Of a DNA stretch of 64,000 nt, positions 49,995 through 63,500 are shown one piece after another. Made by a program: the position numbers and the translations under genes. The notes below the pieces were generated by a model. That model was given only the letters and a program-made list of their open reading frames with translations, did not search any database and was not told the DNA's origin. Source of the stretch: Azolla caroliniana (taxonomy: Eukaryota; Plantae; Polypodiophyta); contig JBHGNT010000014.1 of NCBI GenBank assembly GCA_043228905.1, forward strand, positions 12,214,001-12,278,000, read 5' to 3'. Each line of letters begins with the position of its first letter. Within the stretch, counting starts at the first letter, position 1.

Positions 49995-51552
49995 AGTGAT
50001 CACAAAAACCTTGCCTACTTTCAGAACGCTCGTGTGTTAAATCGACATCAAGCTCGGTGGGCCCAATTCTTCACTTGTTTCGACTTCAAAATTACATATC
50101 GTCTGGGGAAGCAACAAGGGAAGGCAGATGCATTATCACGGCGCTCGTATCTAACACCGCGTCCAGGCGAGCCAGCTTGCGATAACCAAAAGCAAGTAAT
50201 CCTGGAACCAGCACGACTACAAGCAACTCAGGTCTTCGGTATGCCCTTGGATTCCCACGTTATCGATACCATACGTGAGGACTTGAAGACAAATGCTTTC
50301 GCCCAATCCATTCTAAGACAAATTCATCCCTCTCGAGGATCTTGTTCATAGTCGTAACAACCAGGTACGGACTATCGACAATTCAAATGTCATGATGGAT
50401 TACTATTCTTTAAGAAACTCTTGTATGTTCCTCCTAATGGTTCTTGTCGCCTTCGAGTAGTCCAAAACTGTCATGACACATATAGAGTTGGGCATTTTGG
50501 TAGTACTAAAACATTTGATTCAGTACAATGATCATTCTTGTGGCCCCATATGCGACAATTTGTTGAAGATTTTATTCGGACTTGTGATACATGTTGTAGA
50601 GCAATTATGCCAAGGCATCATCCATATGGTTTATTAGAACCATTACCAATTCCAAGCAAGTCGTGGCAATCCATTGCTCTAGATTTCATCACAAATCTTC
50701 TGGTCTCTAAGGGATTTGATGCGATCTTAACAATAGTAGATCGATGTACCAAGATGGCCCATTTCCTGCCATGTACTAAGGAAATCTCCAATGAGGAAAT
50801 TGTCGAAATTGTCATGTGTGTGAAGTATGTCGGCATCATGGCCTTCCCAATAGTATCATCAGCGAGCGTGGACCCCAGTTCGTCTTGAAATTCTGGAAGC
50901 ACCTCTTTAAAATGCTCAAGGTCACTTGTAACCTCTCCTCCGACTACCACCCGCAAACAAACGGCCAAGCAGAATGAACAAATCAAACGCTGGAGCAGTA
51001 TCTTCAGTGCTTTCTAAGCTATCATCAAAATGATTGGGCGGATATTCTCCACTTTGCCGAATTTGCGTATAATAACTCTGTCCACTCATCGACAAAGGTT
51101 ACACCATTTTATGCTTATACGGGGTGTCACCCCCGGTGGTGTGTATTTGAAACCCCAGAGTTACCTACAAATCATTGCATAGAGGATCGTTTGGAGCGGT
51201 TACGCAAGATACAAGCGGATTTATCTACTCATCTACAACAAGCTCAACAAACACACAAGGTTTACACGGATCGTCATCGACTTCCATCCAGTTTTAACAT
51301 TGGAGATCGGGTATGGCTGCTTCGAAGACACATCAAGACTACTCGCCCATGCGAGAAGTTGGATTATCGGCGATTAGGTCCTTTCCGTATTATCGGAAAA
51401 ATTAATGATGTCGATTTTCGTCTCGATCTACCTCCACAACTTCGGATACATCCGGTGTTTCATAGTACTCTCCTCGAACCCTATCAAGACAGCACCATCC
51501 CAGGTCGTATTAAACAACCTCCACCCCCGATCGAACTTGAAGATGGACCTGA

Positions 51553-51726
51553 GAACATTTTATGTAGACACACACACATAGTGTTATTGTTTTGAATTGA
51601 GTTTACTGTTCTGCTCTGCTCTCTCTATCTCTCTCGTGTAAGGTTTCCATTTAACTTGTGTTTATTCTCTATTGCTATCCGGTGTAACCGGTTCTCTCAA
51701 AGCTTCCACAATCGTATTCTTTTACA
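51553..51726 (+). mobile_element. 3' fragment of a copia LTR related to 15501-15980
   Basis: TTCCATT(T/G)AACTTGTG...GCTA(T/C)CCGG..AACCGG...AAGCTTCC shared with 15900-15965; ends TTTACA. Confidence 0.65.
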
Positions 51727-51774
51727 ACCTCCCTTTGCCAAGAGGTAGTTTTAGTAAGAGAGTGTAGAGAGAAG

Positions 51775-54700
51775 TTGGTGTTGTATCTCACTATCCTGTA
51801 AATACACATATGAAAGGTTGTGCATATCTGTGTCTCTATTGGTGTCAGGTGCATTTCTTTCTTTCTGTTTCTGTACATAAGTAGTGTGTGTTGAGTCGGT
51901 GCTACACACATGCTCTCTCTCTCCCTCTCTCATGTTTGGTAGATTCCTGTACGCGTCCAAAATTACCCCGGTTTGTGCCACAACCAGTGCAGCCGGTTCC
52001 GAAGAGAGTCGATCTTCCAGCATCCATCTCTTCCTGGTCTGTGACCCCGATGGTCCCGCCCGATCCGACACGTGCACGCGGATTTCCGAGACATCTTTGG
52101 TGAACCCGACGTGAAAGAGCGGCAAGGGAGGATTGAGTTGGAAGACGAAAACTTCGTAGAGATGGCGGCGAAAATGGTGATGGAGTTCAAACGTGTGACG
52201 ATGAGACGAGAGGCAACACAACAAGCGATTAGGAGTGTGGTCAAATTCGTCGGTCGTTTCAACGGGGACAAAGTTCCATTCTACTTGGAAGTTTACAACA
52301 CAGAAATTGAGGCGCGAGGTATAGACGAGGCGTTGAGATTGGAGTTCTTATGTCGGATTGCAGACGATCGGGGGTACGCGAAGGTAAAGGAGCTCTTAGA
52401 AGCTCTTAGAAGCTCATAATTTATGGGAGGCTTTCGAACATGCGCTCCTATACGCATACGGAGGACGGCCTAAAAGCCGGGAACGGCGTGACTTCGACCA
52501 GTGGGTTGCATCGGGGAAGACCCACCGGGGCGCAACGAAGGCGTTCCTGGAGTTTGGGCGGCACTTTGCTCGGCTCCCAGAGCGGGAACAAAGTCTGGTG
52601 GGGGTGGACAAAGTCCTGTTGTTCGTTTGGTCGATCGACCGAGCAGAACGGGGGGCCATCGGAATTGAGCACGATGACGACGACGGAGCGAATGGCCTTA
52701 CCAAGGACTAGTCGGAAGTCAAATGGGTATGCCGAAGGTTGGACAAGGAGCGGCACGCGAAAGGAAAGGGGAAGATGGCGTGCGACGACACGACATCACA
52801 ACAGCGAGCGAGCGCGCGGCGAGACGAAGAGGAGAGATCCGGCGCGTGGTCGGATTCCGGAGATCCGGACAAGACGGACGTGGCCTATGCAGAGGCTGGA
52901 AGACGGTACCACGGTACCACGGGAGAGAGTGTGGACCAAGACGCCCTCTTGACATGCGGAGAAAGACCGACCGAGGATGAGGTCGGATTTGGGGACATGA
53001 CGATTGCGAGTTCAGAAAGAGACTGACGATTTCGGGCATCACTTCCCGAAAGTCCGGACATTAGAGAAGCAAGCCCATGCGGGGCTTGCACGATCGAAGA
53101 AGAGATAGCTACCAACAACTCCATCGAGGATTCGGCGGCTATGGACGAGTCGAAAGTCGGATGGAGAGATCCCTACACACCATTTTCAGAGACTACGACA
53201 GTTCGATCGACGTGGCAACGTGAGACCAGAGAGAAGGAAGGTGGCGGCGAGGCGACTCAGTTCGAGAGAAGTACAAACGGCGGCGGTGAAATGAAGGACG
53301 GTCCTATGGGTCTCCTCACAGTTAAACCAGAGACTTCGACAGGCGGCCCCGAGAGCCGACGTAAGACCGGAGAGATGGACAAGGTAGCGGTGGGAGAATG
53401 GGATTCGGCAATGCGGAGAAGTGCGGACAGAGCGGTTCCTCCACACTAGATCCGGAGACTTTGGTAGTCGGGCCTATGAGCCGGCGTGAGACCGGAGAGA
53501 TGGAAGGTGGCGGCGAGAGGACATGGCCAAAGGCCAGCGTGTACGAAAGGGAGGATGAGGTCAGCAAGGCGACCAAGAGACAAAACCACGACGGGTGCGG
53601 AAAACGAAATTGGCTGAGACCAATCCGAGCAAACGACGACTCAGCCCAGCTAGAGGAGGATGCAACAAGGGCCGGTGAGGCCAGACAAAGACCGATGTAG
53701 AGAAGAGCCCTCCACACCGATTCTGAAGACTTCGGCAATTGAGCCCGTGTGTCAACGTGAGACTGGAGAGATGGAAGGCGGCATCGAGGAGTCCTGGCAC
53801 AATGCCAGCAAAGATGGATTGGAGATGGATTGGAGATGGCCTGTGAGGAGGCTAAGGACGGAGCCGCGGCAGAGTGAAATATAGAGGCAAGAGGCGGTGT
53901 TGAATGAAGCGGAGTCGGAAGTCATCCCGACCGAGAGCCAATCCAGTCGGCATTTTGATTCGGATGGAGCACGATCTGGGCATGGATCGTTCGACCGAAA
54001 CCAGGCTTAGATGCGGAAGACAACGGAGATGCAACTGAGCCCGATCGGCAGGGGGCAGGTTCGGACAAGAACCAAGAATGCCGAATTCTGGATGACCGAT
54101 CCAGAGAGAAGCAAAAAGCGGGTGAACACGGAGAAGGAAATGAGTGAAGTTGGTGGCCCGAAGAGAAGACCCCAAAGGGATCCTCCACACCTAACCCAGA
54201 GACTTCGGTTGTTGCAGATCAACATAAGACCGAGAAGACGGATGGTGGCGGCGAGGGGACGAAGGTCGCAATAGGCGAAGGCACTAAGAGAATCGAGCGG
54301 AGTGTCGTGGAGAACAACGGAGGCCAAGCGGGCCAATCGGGCGAAGAGGGTGTTCCTTGAAGCAGAGCAATGTTAACGAAGGAGGCGGAGGACACCAAAC
54401 CAGAGGGGACCGACTCAGGAGTCGGGGAAACTGTGAACTGACCCGAAGAAGTACAAAACGAAGATCGGAACGAGATGTGTGCAATATGACTGTGTGAGGG
54501 CCGAGTAGCAAGCACGGAGGAGATCGATGGCGATGAGGAGCTGGAAGGAGTTCAGCATGCGGCGGTGACGGATCGAGAAAGCAGTCGGGTTGAAACAGGC
54601 ACGAACAAGGTGTGATATCCAACAGGCGGTAGGGAAGAACGGGGACTTATGCCGCACATGGATACGACGGAGCTAGAGGACGGAGACCGAGCCGTCTCCT

Positions 54701-57060
54701 AGGAAGCGAAGGCCGGGCCTATGCGGAGGCCGGAGAGTGGTACATCGTTACCACGGGAGAGGGTGTGGAGAGAGCCACTCTCTCGACTTGCGAAGAAAGA
54801 ACGAACGAGGACAAGGTTGGGGATGGTGAGGCGATGATTGCCGATTTGGGAGAGGACGAGTGGTCTAGACACGGTTGTCTAGAATGTTGAAGCGAGCAAG
54901 AGGCAAGCACGGTCGAAGCTTGCACGGAAGGGATGGCCACCGGCCGCGGCATGGAGGCGGAGGTGGCTATGAACGAGGTGATAGCGAGGAAGTGAAGATC
55001 GAAGCCGATGCGAAGTTCGGTGATGGGGAGAAACGGTAAAGGCGGTTGACCGACCGATGTATGGGTCCTCCATACTCGTTCCCGAGAATTAGGCGGTTGC
55101 GTCCGAGAACCAATGGAAGACCTAAGGGACGGAAAGTGGCGGCAAGGACACAGAGGTCACGGCCAATACAAGTGACGAAGGATGGCACGACGGAGGTGGT
55201 CGTAGGAGCTAAAATGGAGGGACGCTGGAGACGGATTGCACACGTCGGTGGCCTGAAGAGAAGAAGTCCCGAGAGAGATCCTTCACACCGGTTCTGGAGA
55301 CCTCGATGGCTCGACCGCAATGGTAACGTAAGACCGAGGAGAAGGAAGGTGGCGACAAGGGGACGAAGGCGATAGCGGACAGAGGCACCGAGCGACCAAT
55401 GTGTCGTAGAGACAACGGAGGCCATGCGGGCCGGAAGACAAGGGTGATCCATGTGCGGGTAGTGACGTTGAAGGCTACCGAGGACACCAAGGTGGAGAGA
55501 CAACGTGCCCGGCCGAGAGGGTACGCACTAAGGTGAAGCAAGGAACGTGCATATGGCCACTAAGGGTCCGAGAAGCGAGCACAGCGGACGACCGGAGTTC
55601 GGCACGGGTGGTGCCGGGCTGAGGAGGCGGACGGGCCGAGCCTTTCGAAAGGCAAGACGAAAGGGCAAGACGGCGCACAGAAGTGCCGAAACAAGAGTGC
55701 AGACGCGAAGACAAATTGCACGAGAGGTGGCGACAAGAATCGAAGGCCCAAGGAGGATCCTCCACACCGGTTCCGGAGACCTCGGCCGTTGTGGCAACGT
55801 AAGACCGAGGAGAAGGAAGGTGGGGCTGAGTGATGAAGACAGTAGCGGACTACGGCACCGAACAAGAAATCGAGGCTTCGTGGAGAACGACGGAGGGCCA
55901 AGCAGGCCAGAGAAAAAGGGTGTTCCTCGGACACAATACCATTTTGAAGATCACGGAGGACACCAAAGCGGAGGACAGAGTGTGGGCATGTGTATGGTCA
56001 CTTAAAGGGCCAAAGGACAAGCATGCATTCAAAGGAGCCGCGGCAAACGACCTACTACGGAGGACAGATCAAGCCTACGAGGAGGCGAGTACGGGTCGGA
56101 AAAGGGGGGAGGACCGAGAGCCGACAGTTCGGGGCCGACGGAGGCCAACACAACAGCCGGGAAGTAGAGTACGGAAGTCCTAGTTTGGTCACTGCGGCCA
56201 AAATCTATCACCCTCTCTCTCTCTTGGCACATGTCCGTGGATGTGTGGTTTGATGAGGGCAGATGTCGTGAAGATTTCTGTGCACAATGAGAAAACCGGA
56301 TGGAATGAGCAAAGTCGACAATGTGCATTGTGTGCACATGTACATTCGAAAATGTGCATAAAATAAAAAGGGGATATTTATCCCACATTGTAACGTCCTT
56401 CCCTCCTTGGGCTATAAAACGTGAGGAAGGGGCTCTTATGAGGGGTTGCCCATTTTGAGTTAGGAGGGTATACCATTACATCTAAGGTATGTTGGTTTTC
56501 TCTTTTTCTTATTTTCTTCTAGGGTTTCATTTAGGTCTTCTTCTTCATCTTCGTCGTCATGTGGGTTGAGTCTTTGTGTTTGTTAAGGGTTTAGTTTGGT
56601 AGAGAGCTCGCATGTACTAGTGATTTCGTTTCTGCTCTGTCTCCTGTGCAAGACCCCACTCAATGCGACGAGCCCTAGAGCTCCCCGACCGACAGCTTGG
56701 CAACATACAACTATTGTAACCTGATCTACCTAAGTCCGGCTCGAAATCAGTGTTGTATCTCACTGTCTTGTAAATATACATATGAAAGGTTGTGCATATT
56801 TGTGTCTTAGTTGGTGTTGGGTGCATTTCTTTCTTTCTGTTTCTGTACATAAGTAGCCTGTGTTGAGTCAATGTTGCACGTATGCTCTCTCTCTCTCTCC
56901 CTCTCTCCTATTCGGTAGCCTCCAGTACGCGGCTAGAATCGCCCCGATTTGTGCCACAATCGGTTCCAAAGAGAGTCGGTCTCTTGACATCCATCTCTTC
57001 CTGGTCTGTGACCCCGGTGGTCCCGCCCGATCCGACATGTGCACGCGGATTTCCGCGACA
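51775..57060 (+). mobile_element. Non-autonomous Trp-primed LTR element: gag only, no pol, repetitive internal region
   Basis: Partial 5' LTR to 52093, Trp PBS 52098-52115, gag VGRFNGDKVPFYLEVY (52160-52730; homologous to 23365-24198), no PR/RT/INT motifs seen, PPT TGAGGGCAGA 56254-56263, 3' LTR 56264-57060 whose last ~310 bp match 51775-52093. Confidence 0.82.
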
Positions 57061-57823
57061 ACGTGTAGGATTCGGGGCAGGACCGTCGGGGTCTTGAACG
57101 AAGAAGCCGATGAGGAGAGAGTGAAGTGTTTATTTGGATAGATCTTTGAATATCTTTGCCGGTACACGGGACCGTTTCGGTTCTGCTCACTGGTAGTTGG
57201 ATGATAAGCAGACGGACTTAGATGCGTATTAAGAGTACACGAGCTTAGACGCTCGAACAAGTAGTTCCAGACTTGTCACAAGGTAACAACGATGTGCTCA
57301 CGGGCTCGGACACTCGAGTACACACACGCGTGAGAGGGAATAGAGACGAGAATGCAAACAGAGACAGAGACACACACAACGACACAAAGAAATCCGGATA
57401 CAACAAGGATAGTTGATTAGTCTGTGACAAAGGGAGATACACCCGGACTCGCCTGGTAATAGAGCTTCGAGGTCTTCACACACCCACACCTGACTTATGA
57501 GCCTCTGGCCTGGAGCACACGGGTTTCCTACGCGAGTAGGGGACTCACCGACACCTAACGAATGCATAGAACAGAAAATTTGGAAACATGTAGAGCTCAA
57601 TCCAACAACACTTCATTCTCCAAAACAATGGATCCCTTTCCCTCTCTTCGTCCTCTCTTTTTATAGCTCAAGCAGAAACCGTTACATCAGTCAGCCATTT
57701 TCGTCAGAGATCTGCCCCCACAATTTTCTCTCTTCCCACACTTTATTCCTCTTTTTCTATGGGACATTAAAATACCCATCTAAATCATATATATTAGTAC
57801 TTATTATACTTCGATATTTACAT

Positions 57824-57899
<76 letters not shown>

Positions 57900-57988
57900 C
57901 ATAAGCCTCGATTGTGTGCATCCTTGCACACACCCGTTCACGCACATCTGGCTCCCCTTTCTTCCTATGGCCGAAATCCTTCATGACA
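57061..57988 (-). mobile_element. LTR of the Trp-primed gypsy group, missing ~20 bp at the left end; contains (CT)n(AT)n
   Basis: Starts ACGTGTAGG..GGACCGTCGGGGTCTTGAAC (cf. GCGTGTAGA..GGACCACGGGGGCCTTGAAC in LTR-B); ends CTTCATGACA; microsatellite ~57827-57899. Confidence 0.7.
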
Positions 57989-58479
57989 ACGGTTGCTTTG
58001 CAATATTGGCATCAAACAAGCGATCAAAACATGATGGTGGGAATGATGCGTTAGTGTGAACATATATGCGAAATTCAAAAATTGGTGGACCCAACCTAAG
58101 CCATGCACCCAAAACTAAGTCAATTGTTGACATTGTGTATATCTCTTAATGCATATTGTTAATGTGCAAAGGATGAGAGGTACTATTGACTTGGTTTGAA
58201 GCAAGTTACTTTTTGCATTGAAGTTGTGTGGCATGTGAACACACCTAAATGGAGTGGTTGGTGTAAGGTTATGTTGCATGCATATACAATATATGAGGAA
58301 CAATTATGTTTAATGCTTGCCAGTGATTATGTTCTTTTAGTTGTCTATCTTTGCTTTAGGATAACATAGCATGAGAATGAAATGTGGCATAGTTGGGGGG
58401 GATAATGAGCATATGTTTCGTTTTTTGTTGGAATTATTGACTTATGATTGGGCTAACATGTATGCTTTACTTGTCAAGT

Positions 58480-58732
58480 GAAAGAAAGAAAGAAAGATAT
58501 ACTAATGTCTTCTTAAGGCCAAAATTGGCCCATGAGATAGTTGGTTTAAAACAAAATGGTATTTATCCGATCATCAAAACTAAAATAAAATAAAGTAAAA
58601 ATAGAACTTAAACTAAAAGAAAGAGTTCTAGTAGTGTACAAAACGTGGTATACTCGATAAAAGGAAGTGACTTTGCACTATGCCTAATTTCATTTCCACC
58701 CAAGCCTCTCGAAAAGAAGTGGCGGGTCAAAG
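58480..58732 (-). mobile_element. Short 3'-end copy of the LINE at 44461-45860
   Basis: Collinear with 44461-44708 (AAGGCCAAA.TTGGCCCATGAGA ... TTTCCACCCAAGCCTCTCGAAAAGAAGTGG); (GAAA)4 tail at 58480-58495. Confidence 0.88.
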
Positions 58733-59056
58733 AAAAGAAGCACCCGAAAAAACTCTATTGCAAGTGTCGAACGCTCTTCAGAGAGATTTCTAAACCATGA
58801 GAGGAAGAGAGAGGATAAAACTGGCGATGGGGTTGTGTATAACACTATTGTCGACGAACGGGAGGAGGCTTAGCTAGCAAACAATATTTGGAGACACGAA
58901 TAGAGGCCACCGAGGATTTGGAAGGTGGGGCGAGACAAACATACAAATATGTGAGTTGAGCGGGGTGTGGGGGAGGGAGTCTAGAATCTAGATGCATGCA
59001 TGAAATCTCTCTCAAGTTGCTCTTGGAGCAAGAGGATACATACATAGTCAAGAGAG

Positions 59057-59062
<6 letters not shown>

Positions 59063-59105
<43 letters not shown>
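59063..59105. repeat. (AG)n microsatellite
   Basis: Direct reading. Confidence 0.9.
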
Positions 59106-59109
<4 letters not shown>

Positions 59110-60342
59110 GGGCCAAAAGTGAGTAAGTAAAGGGATGAGTAAGATTGGGTACACACAAATGTGTGATGTGAGAGAGGGTAGGATGGTGGACAATGCAATA
59201 AAATAAAAAAATAAAAAATAAAAACACATAATAATAATAATTTAAGAAAAATAAATAAATAAAATAAAAAAGCCATAGACCAAAAAATCGAAAATAGAAG
59301 AAATAAAAAATAAATAAAGAAGTAAAAAATAAAAAATAAAGCAAATAGCGATAATAATGTTAATAATAATGATGATAAATAATTATAATTCATGTGATAC
59401 CTAATGGATTCACAATTCGGTGTGGCCCCATTGTTGGACGGTGGGTCCCACTTAAATTTAATTTCTTAATAATAATAAGAAACAGATAAATAACTATATT
59501 TACATACATATTAAAACAAAATAAAGGTTAGGTAAAATCAAGAATTAAAGGGGAAGCCAAATAATAAAAACAACTTCCAATTAAAAATAATTAGACATAA
59601 ATAAATAAATAGCGCCTCAAAAAAGACATTAATATCTTCCCTCCCAAAAACAGGAAATGAGGGAAAAATCACATTAAGATTAATTTGTATGTACATATGT
59701 AGTTTGATAAAAAGTAAAGTAAATAAAATAGAAATAAATTAAACAGCAAGAATGGAAGGAAAATAATAAATAAAAAAGAAACATGATCAGGGCTAATTAG
59801 AGGATTAATCAATCAACTAATCAATGAAACAACCGGTTGATTAATTAAATCAATCAATCAACGAATTGATGGATTAGAAAGAAGAATAAATTGAAGGAGA
59901 CCCGGGGATAAGGAGGGTGGATGTGACAGAGAGAAAGAAACACAACAGTCTATGCATATCTGGTTGGATGACACCCAGGATGATTGATTAACCCAATTAA
60001 TTAATCCATCCTTTAATCCTTTAATTAATTAACTTTACCAATTTAATTAGACACAGGCGAATAAATAACATGGAAAAGGATAGACAGAGAAACGGTATCC
60101 TATCACTCTTGTCTGTCTCTCTGTCTCTCTCTCTCTCTATACTCTGTCTTTCTGTGTTTCTCTGTCTCTGTCTCTGTCTCTCTCTTCCCCTTGTTTCTTC
60201 TCCTTTCTCTGTGTCCTCTCTGTTTTTCTCCTCTGCTCCGTATCTCTCTCTCTCTCTCTCTCTCTCTCAAACATAAGCCATATCCTTAGACGCGCACGCG
60301 TTAACACACACGGATACGCACACCATAGCCTGTAGAAGGCAG

Positions 60343-60374
<32 letters not shown>

Positions 60375-60497
60375 GAAGGAAGAATAATCAGAGGAAGAAG
60401 AAGGAAGAATAATCATCATCAGAAGGAAGAAGAAGGAAGAAGAATCATCATCAGAAGGAAGAATAATCAGAGGAAGAAGAAGGAAGAATCAGAAGAA
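60343..60497 (+). repeat. (ATC)n plus tandem ATCAGAAGGAAGAA-type repeats in the TMK 5' leader
   Basis: About ten ATC units followed by repeated CAGAAGGAAGAATAATCAGAGGAAGAAGAAGGAAGAAT blocks. Confidence 0.8.
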
Positions 60498-60535
60498 GGG
60501 CAGAGAGAGAAAGAGAGAGAGGGAGGAAGGCTGGA

Positions 60536-63500
60536 ATGATGCTGATTCGTTTACCTCCCCTGCTGCTCCTGCTGTTCAGCTCCATCTTGCTCCTCCTGCG
60601 CACAGCCTCCTCCACCACAGATGCTTCAGATCTAGGCGTCCTGCAGGCGTTTCTGAGCGGGATCGAGAACCCGACCCTCCTGCCGGATTGGTCCGGCAAC
60701 GATCCCTGCGGCTCCAACTGGGCTCACATCCAATGCAGCGGCTCCAGGGTCACGCAGATCCAGCTCAAAGGAGTGGGTCTCAGAGGCAGCCTACCGTCCA
60801 CTCTCAATCAGCTCACCTATCTGGAGCAGATCGCACTGCAGGGGAACTCCTTCTATGGGGCCCTCCCGTCCTTCAGCGGCCTGTCCCAGCTCTCCTCCGC
60901 TTACTTGGGCGCCCAGAACTTCACCTCCATACCTGCAGATTTCTTCAATGGCCTCTCCTCTCTCACGGTTCTATCTCTGGAAGACAACCCTCTGGATTCC
61001 TGGTCTTTGCCCCTCGATCTCGCCTCCTGCACCCTCCTCACCACGCTCTCCCTCACCAACACCTCCCTAACCGGCTCCATCCCGAGCTTCATCGGCAACC
61101 TCACGCTCCTGCAGGAGCTCCGCCTCGCTTACAACCTCCTCTCCGGGACCCTCCCCTCCAGCCTCAGCGGCTTGGCCCAGCTCACACGGCTCGAGCTCAA
61201 CAATCAAATCGGCTCCGGCTCCGGCTCCGGCTCCCTGTCTGGACCCATCGACGTCGTCGGCCTCCTGCCGTCTCTCAAGACGCTGTGGATCCAGGTAAAC
61301 GGCTTCACCGGCTCCATCCCGGCCAGCCTCGGCTCCGCGCTGTCCCTCTCCGACTGCCGCCTCAACGACAACGACCTGGTGGGCCTCGTCCCCTCCACCT
61401 TCTCCTCCTCCTCCTCCCTCACCACCTTCCAGATTCAGAACAATAAGCTCATGGGCCCCGTACCTGCCATACCTTCCATAACCGCCTCCTCCAGCTACAC
61501 CTTCTCCGGCAACAAGTTCTGCGTCGCCACCGTCGGTGCCAGCTGCGCCCCGGACGTTAACGCCCTCCTGGCCTTCCTGCTGGGCGTCAACTATCCTCTC
61601 AGCCTCGTCAATTCCTGGGAAGGCAACGACCCTTGCTCCAATTCGTGGCAGGGCATCAGCTGCGACGCTCAGAGCAAGAACGTGAGCGCCCTGAACCTGC
61701 CCAAATCGCAGCTCACCGGCACCATATCGCCATATCTGGGCAACCTCACCGCCCTCTCCAAGCTGGTCCTCAGTGGCAACAACCTCACGGGCACCATCCC
61801 CGCCTCCCTCGCCGATCTGCCCAACCTAGTCCTCCTCGATGTCAGCGACAACAACATCTACGGCCCCGTGCCCACCTTCAACTCCCGGGTCTCCGTCATC
61901 CTCACCGGAAACGCCAACATTAACAATGTCATGTCTCCCCCTCCTCCCGGCTCGGCCGGCTCGGGCTCGGGCTCCTCCACCCCCGGGACCTCCTCCCCCT
62001 CCGGTGGTAGCACCCCATCCGGATCCGCCAACAAGTCTAAGTCCAATTCCGTGGGCACCGTCGTGGGCGCCATCGTCGGCGTGGCGGCCCTCTTCCTCCT
62101 CGCCGGCCTCGTCGCCCTCTTCCTCTTCAAGCGCAAGAAGAGGCAGCGCCTCCTTAGAGTGCAAAGCCCCAATACCGTCATCGTCCACCACCCGTCCGAG
62201 AATGGCGATGGCGGAGGAGATCTCATGAAGATCACCGTTGCCCCCAACAGCACTGCCAATGGCCGCGTCCACAGCTCTCACAGCGGCCCTAGCGAACACG
62301 TGCAAGTGCTCGAGGCCGGGAATTTGGTCATATCCATACAGCTCCTACGGAATGTGACCAACAACTTTAGCGAGGAGAACGTGCTCGGGAAAGGCGGGTT
62401 CGGGGTCGTGTACAAAGGCGAGCTCGATGATGGCACCAAGATAGCCGTGAAAAGAATGATATCTTCTGTCGTAAGTAACAAAGGGTTGGATGAATTCCAA
62501 GCCGAGATTGCGGTTCTTACCAAGGTTAGGCATCGGCATTTGGTCGCCCTTCTCGGGTATTGCATAGAAGGGAACGAGCGGCTTCTTGTGTATGAATACA
62601 TGCCACAAGGAACTTTGAGCCAACATTTGTTCGATTGGAAAGCGTTAGGTTTACAGCCCTTTAGCTGGGACCGACGCCTCAGCATTGCGTTGGACATGGC
62701 TAGAGGCGTGGAATATCTACATGGCTTGGCTCAGCAAAGCTTCATTCATCGAGATTTGAAGCCGTCTAATGTGTTGTTAGGAGATGATTTTAGAGCTAAA
62801 GTCTCAGATTTCGGGCTGGTTAAGCTTGCTCCTGAAGGGAAAAGTTCGGTGGAAACTAGACTTGCAGGGACCTTTGGATACCTCGCTCCCGAGTATGCTG
62901 GTAAGATCCTATGTATATTCTATTCATGTGTGTGGTCTACATATGTTTATATTGATCAGTTCAATGTCTGAATTGCAAAGACTGGGTGCTGTTTTAGCGC
63001 GTAATGTCTTGTTTTGCTCGATCTACGAATATGTATGTATGTATGTATCCGATGATGGTTCTTATTTTATCTTCATCGATCGATCTTTGCAGTTACGGGG
63101 CGAGTTACGACCAAATCTGATGTGTACAGCTTTGGAGTGATGCTAATGGAGCTGTTAACGGGCCGGAAAGCACTGGATGAGACGAGGCCCGAAGAGAGCA
63201 TGCACTTGGTGACATGGTTCGGAAGGTTGATTCGGAACAAGGAGGCAATACTCAACGCGCTGGACCCCGTGATCGAGGTTACCGAGGAGACCACCCGAAG
63301 CATCCTCACCGTGGCCGAGCTGTCAGGACATTGCACCGTGAGGGAGCCACATAAGCGTCCGGACATGAGCCATGCCGTGAATGTATTGTCTCCTCTTGTC
63401 GAGCATTGGAAACCGAATGATGTCCCCGAAGAAGATACAGGTATTGATTTGGGTGAACCTCTCTCCGAGGCTCTTAAGAGATGGCAAGGTATAGAGGATT

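Larger units (their letters stand above)
33083..51552 (+). mobile_element. Tcn1-like chromovirus (Ty3/gypsy) split by four insertions
   Basis: LTR-like start TGTCATG at 33083; gag EPKIGLPMKFDG..LLSGSALAWF (34450-34930), knuckle CLYCGGPGHIAVNC; protease LLDSEAHSCF (35391-35936); RT-RNase H 41618-42799 and 43490-43545; RNase H end and integrase 50000-51552 (WQSIALDFIT, KLDYRRLGPF, IHPVFHSTLL, PPPPIELEDGPE at the chromodomain approach, then truncated). Confidence 0.88.

Noticed and set aside
58845-59393. Hydrophobic 182-aa ORF resembling a membrane protein
   Set aside because: Translation of A-rich low-complexity DNA and an (AG)n tract.
60688-62697. Several overlapping ORFs of 60-250 aa over TMK
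   Set aside because: Shadow frames caused by GC-rich codon usage of the real gene.
62901-62971. C-terminus of the 811-aa ORF
   Set aside because: Read-through into the intron; the kinase continues in exon 2 at 63093.
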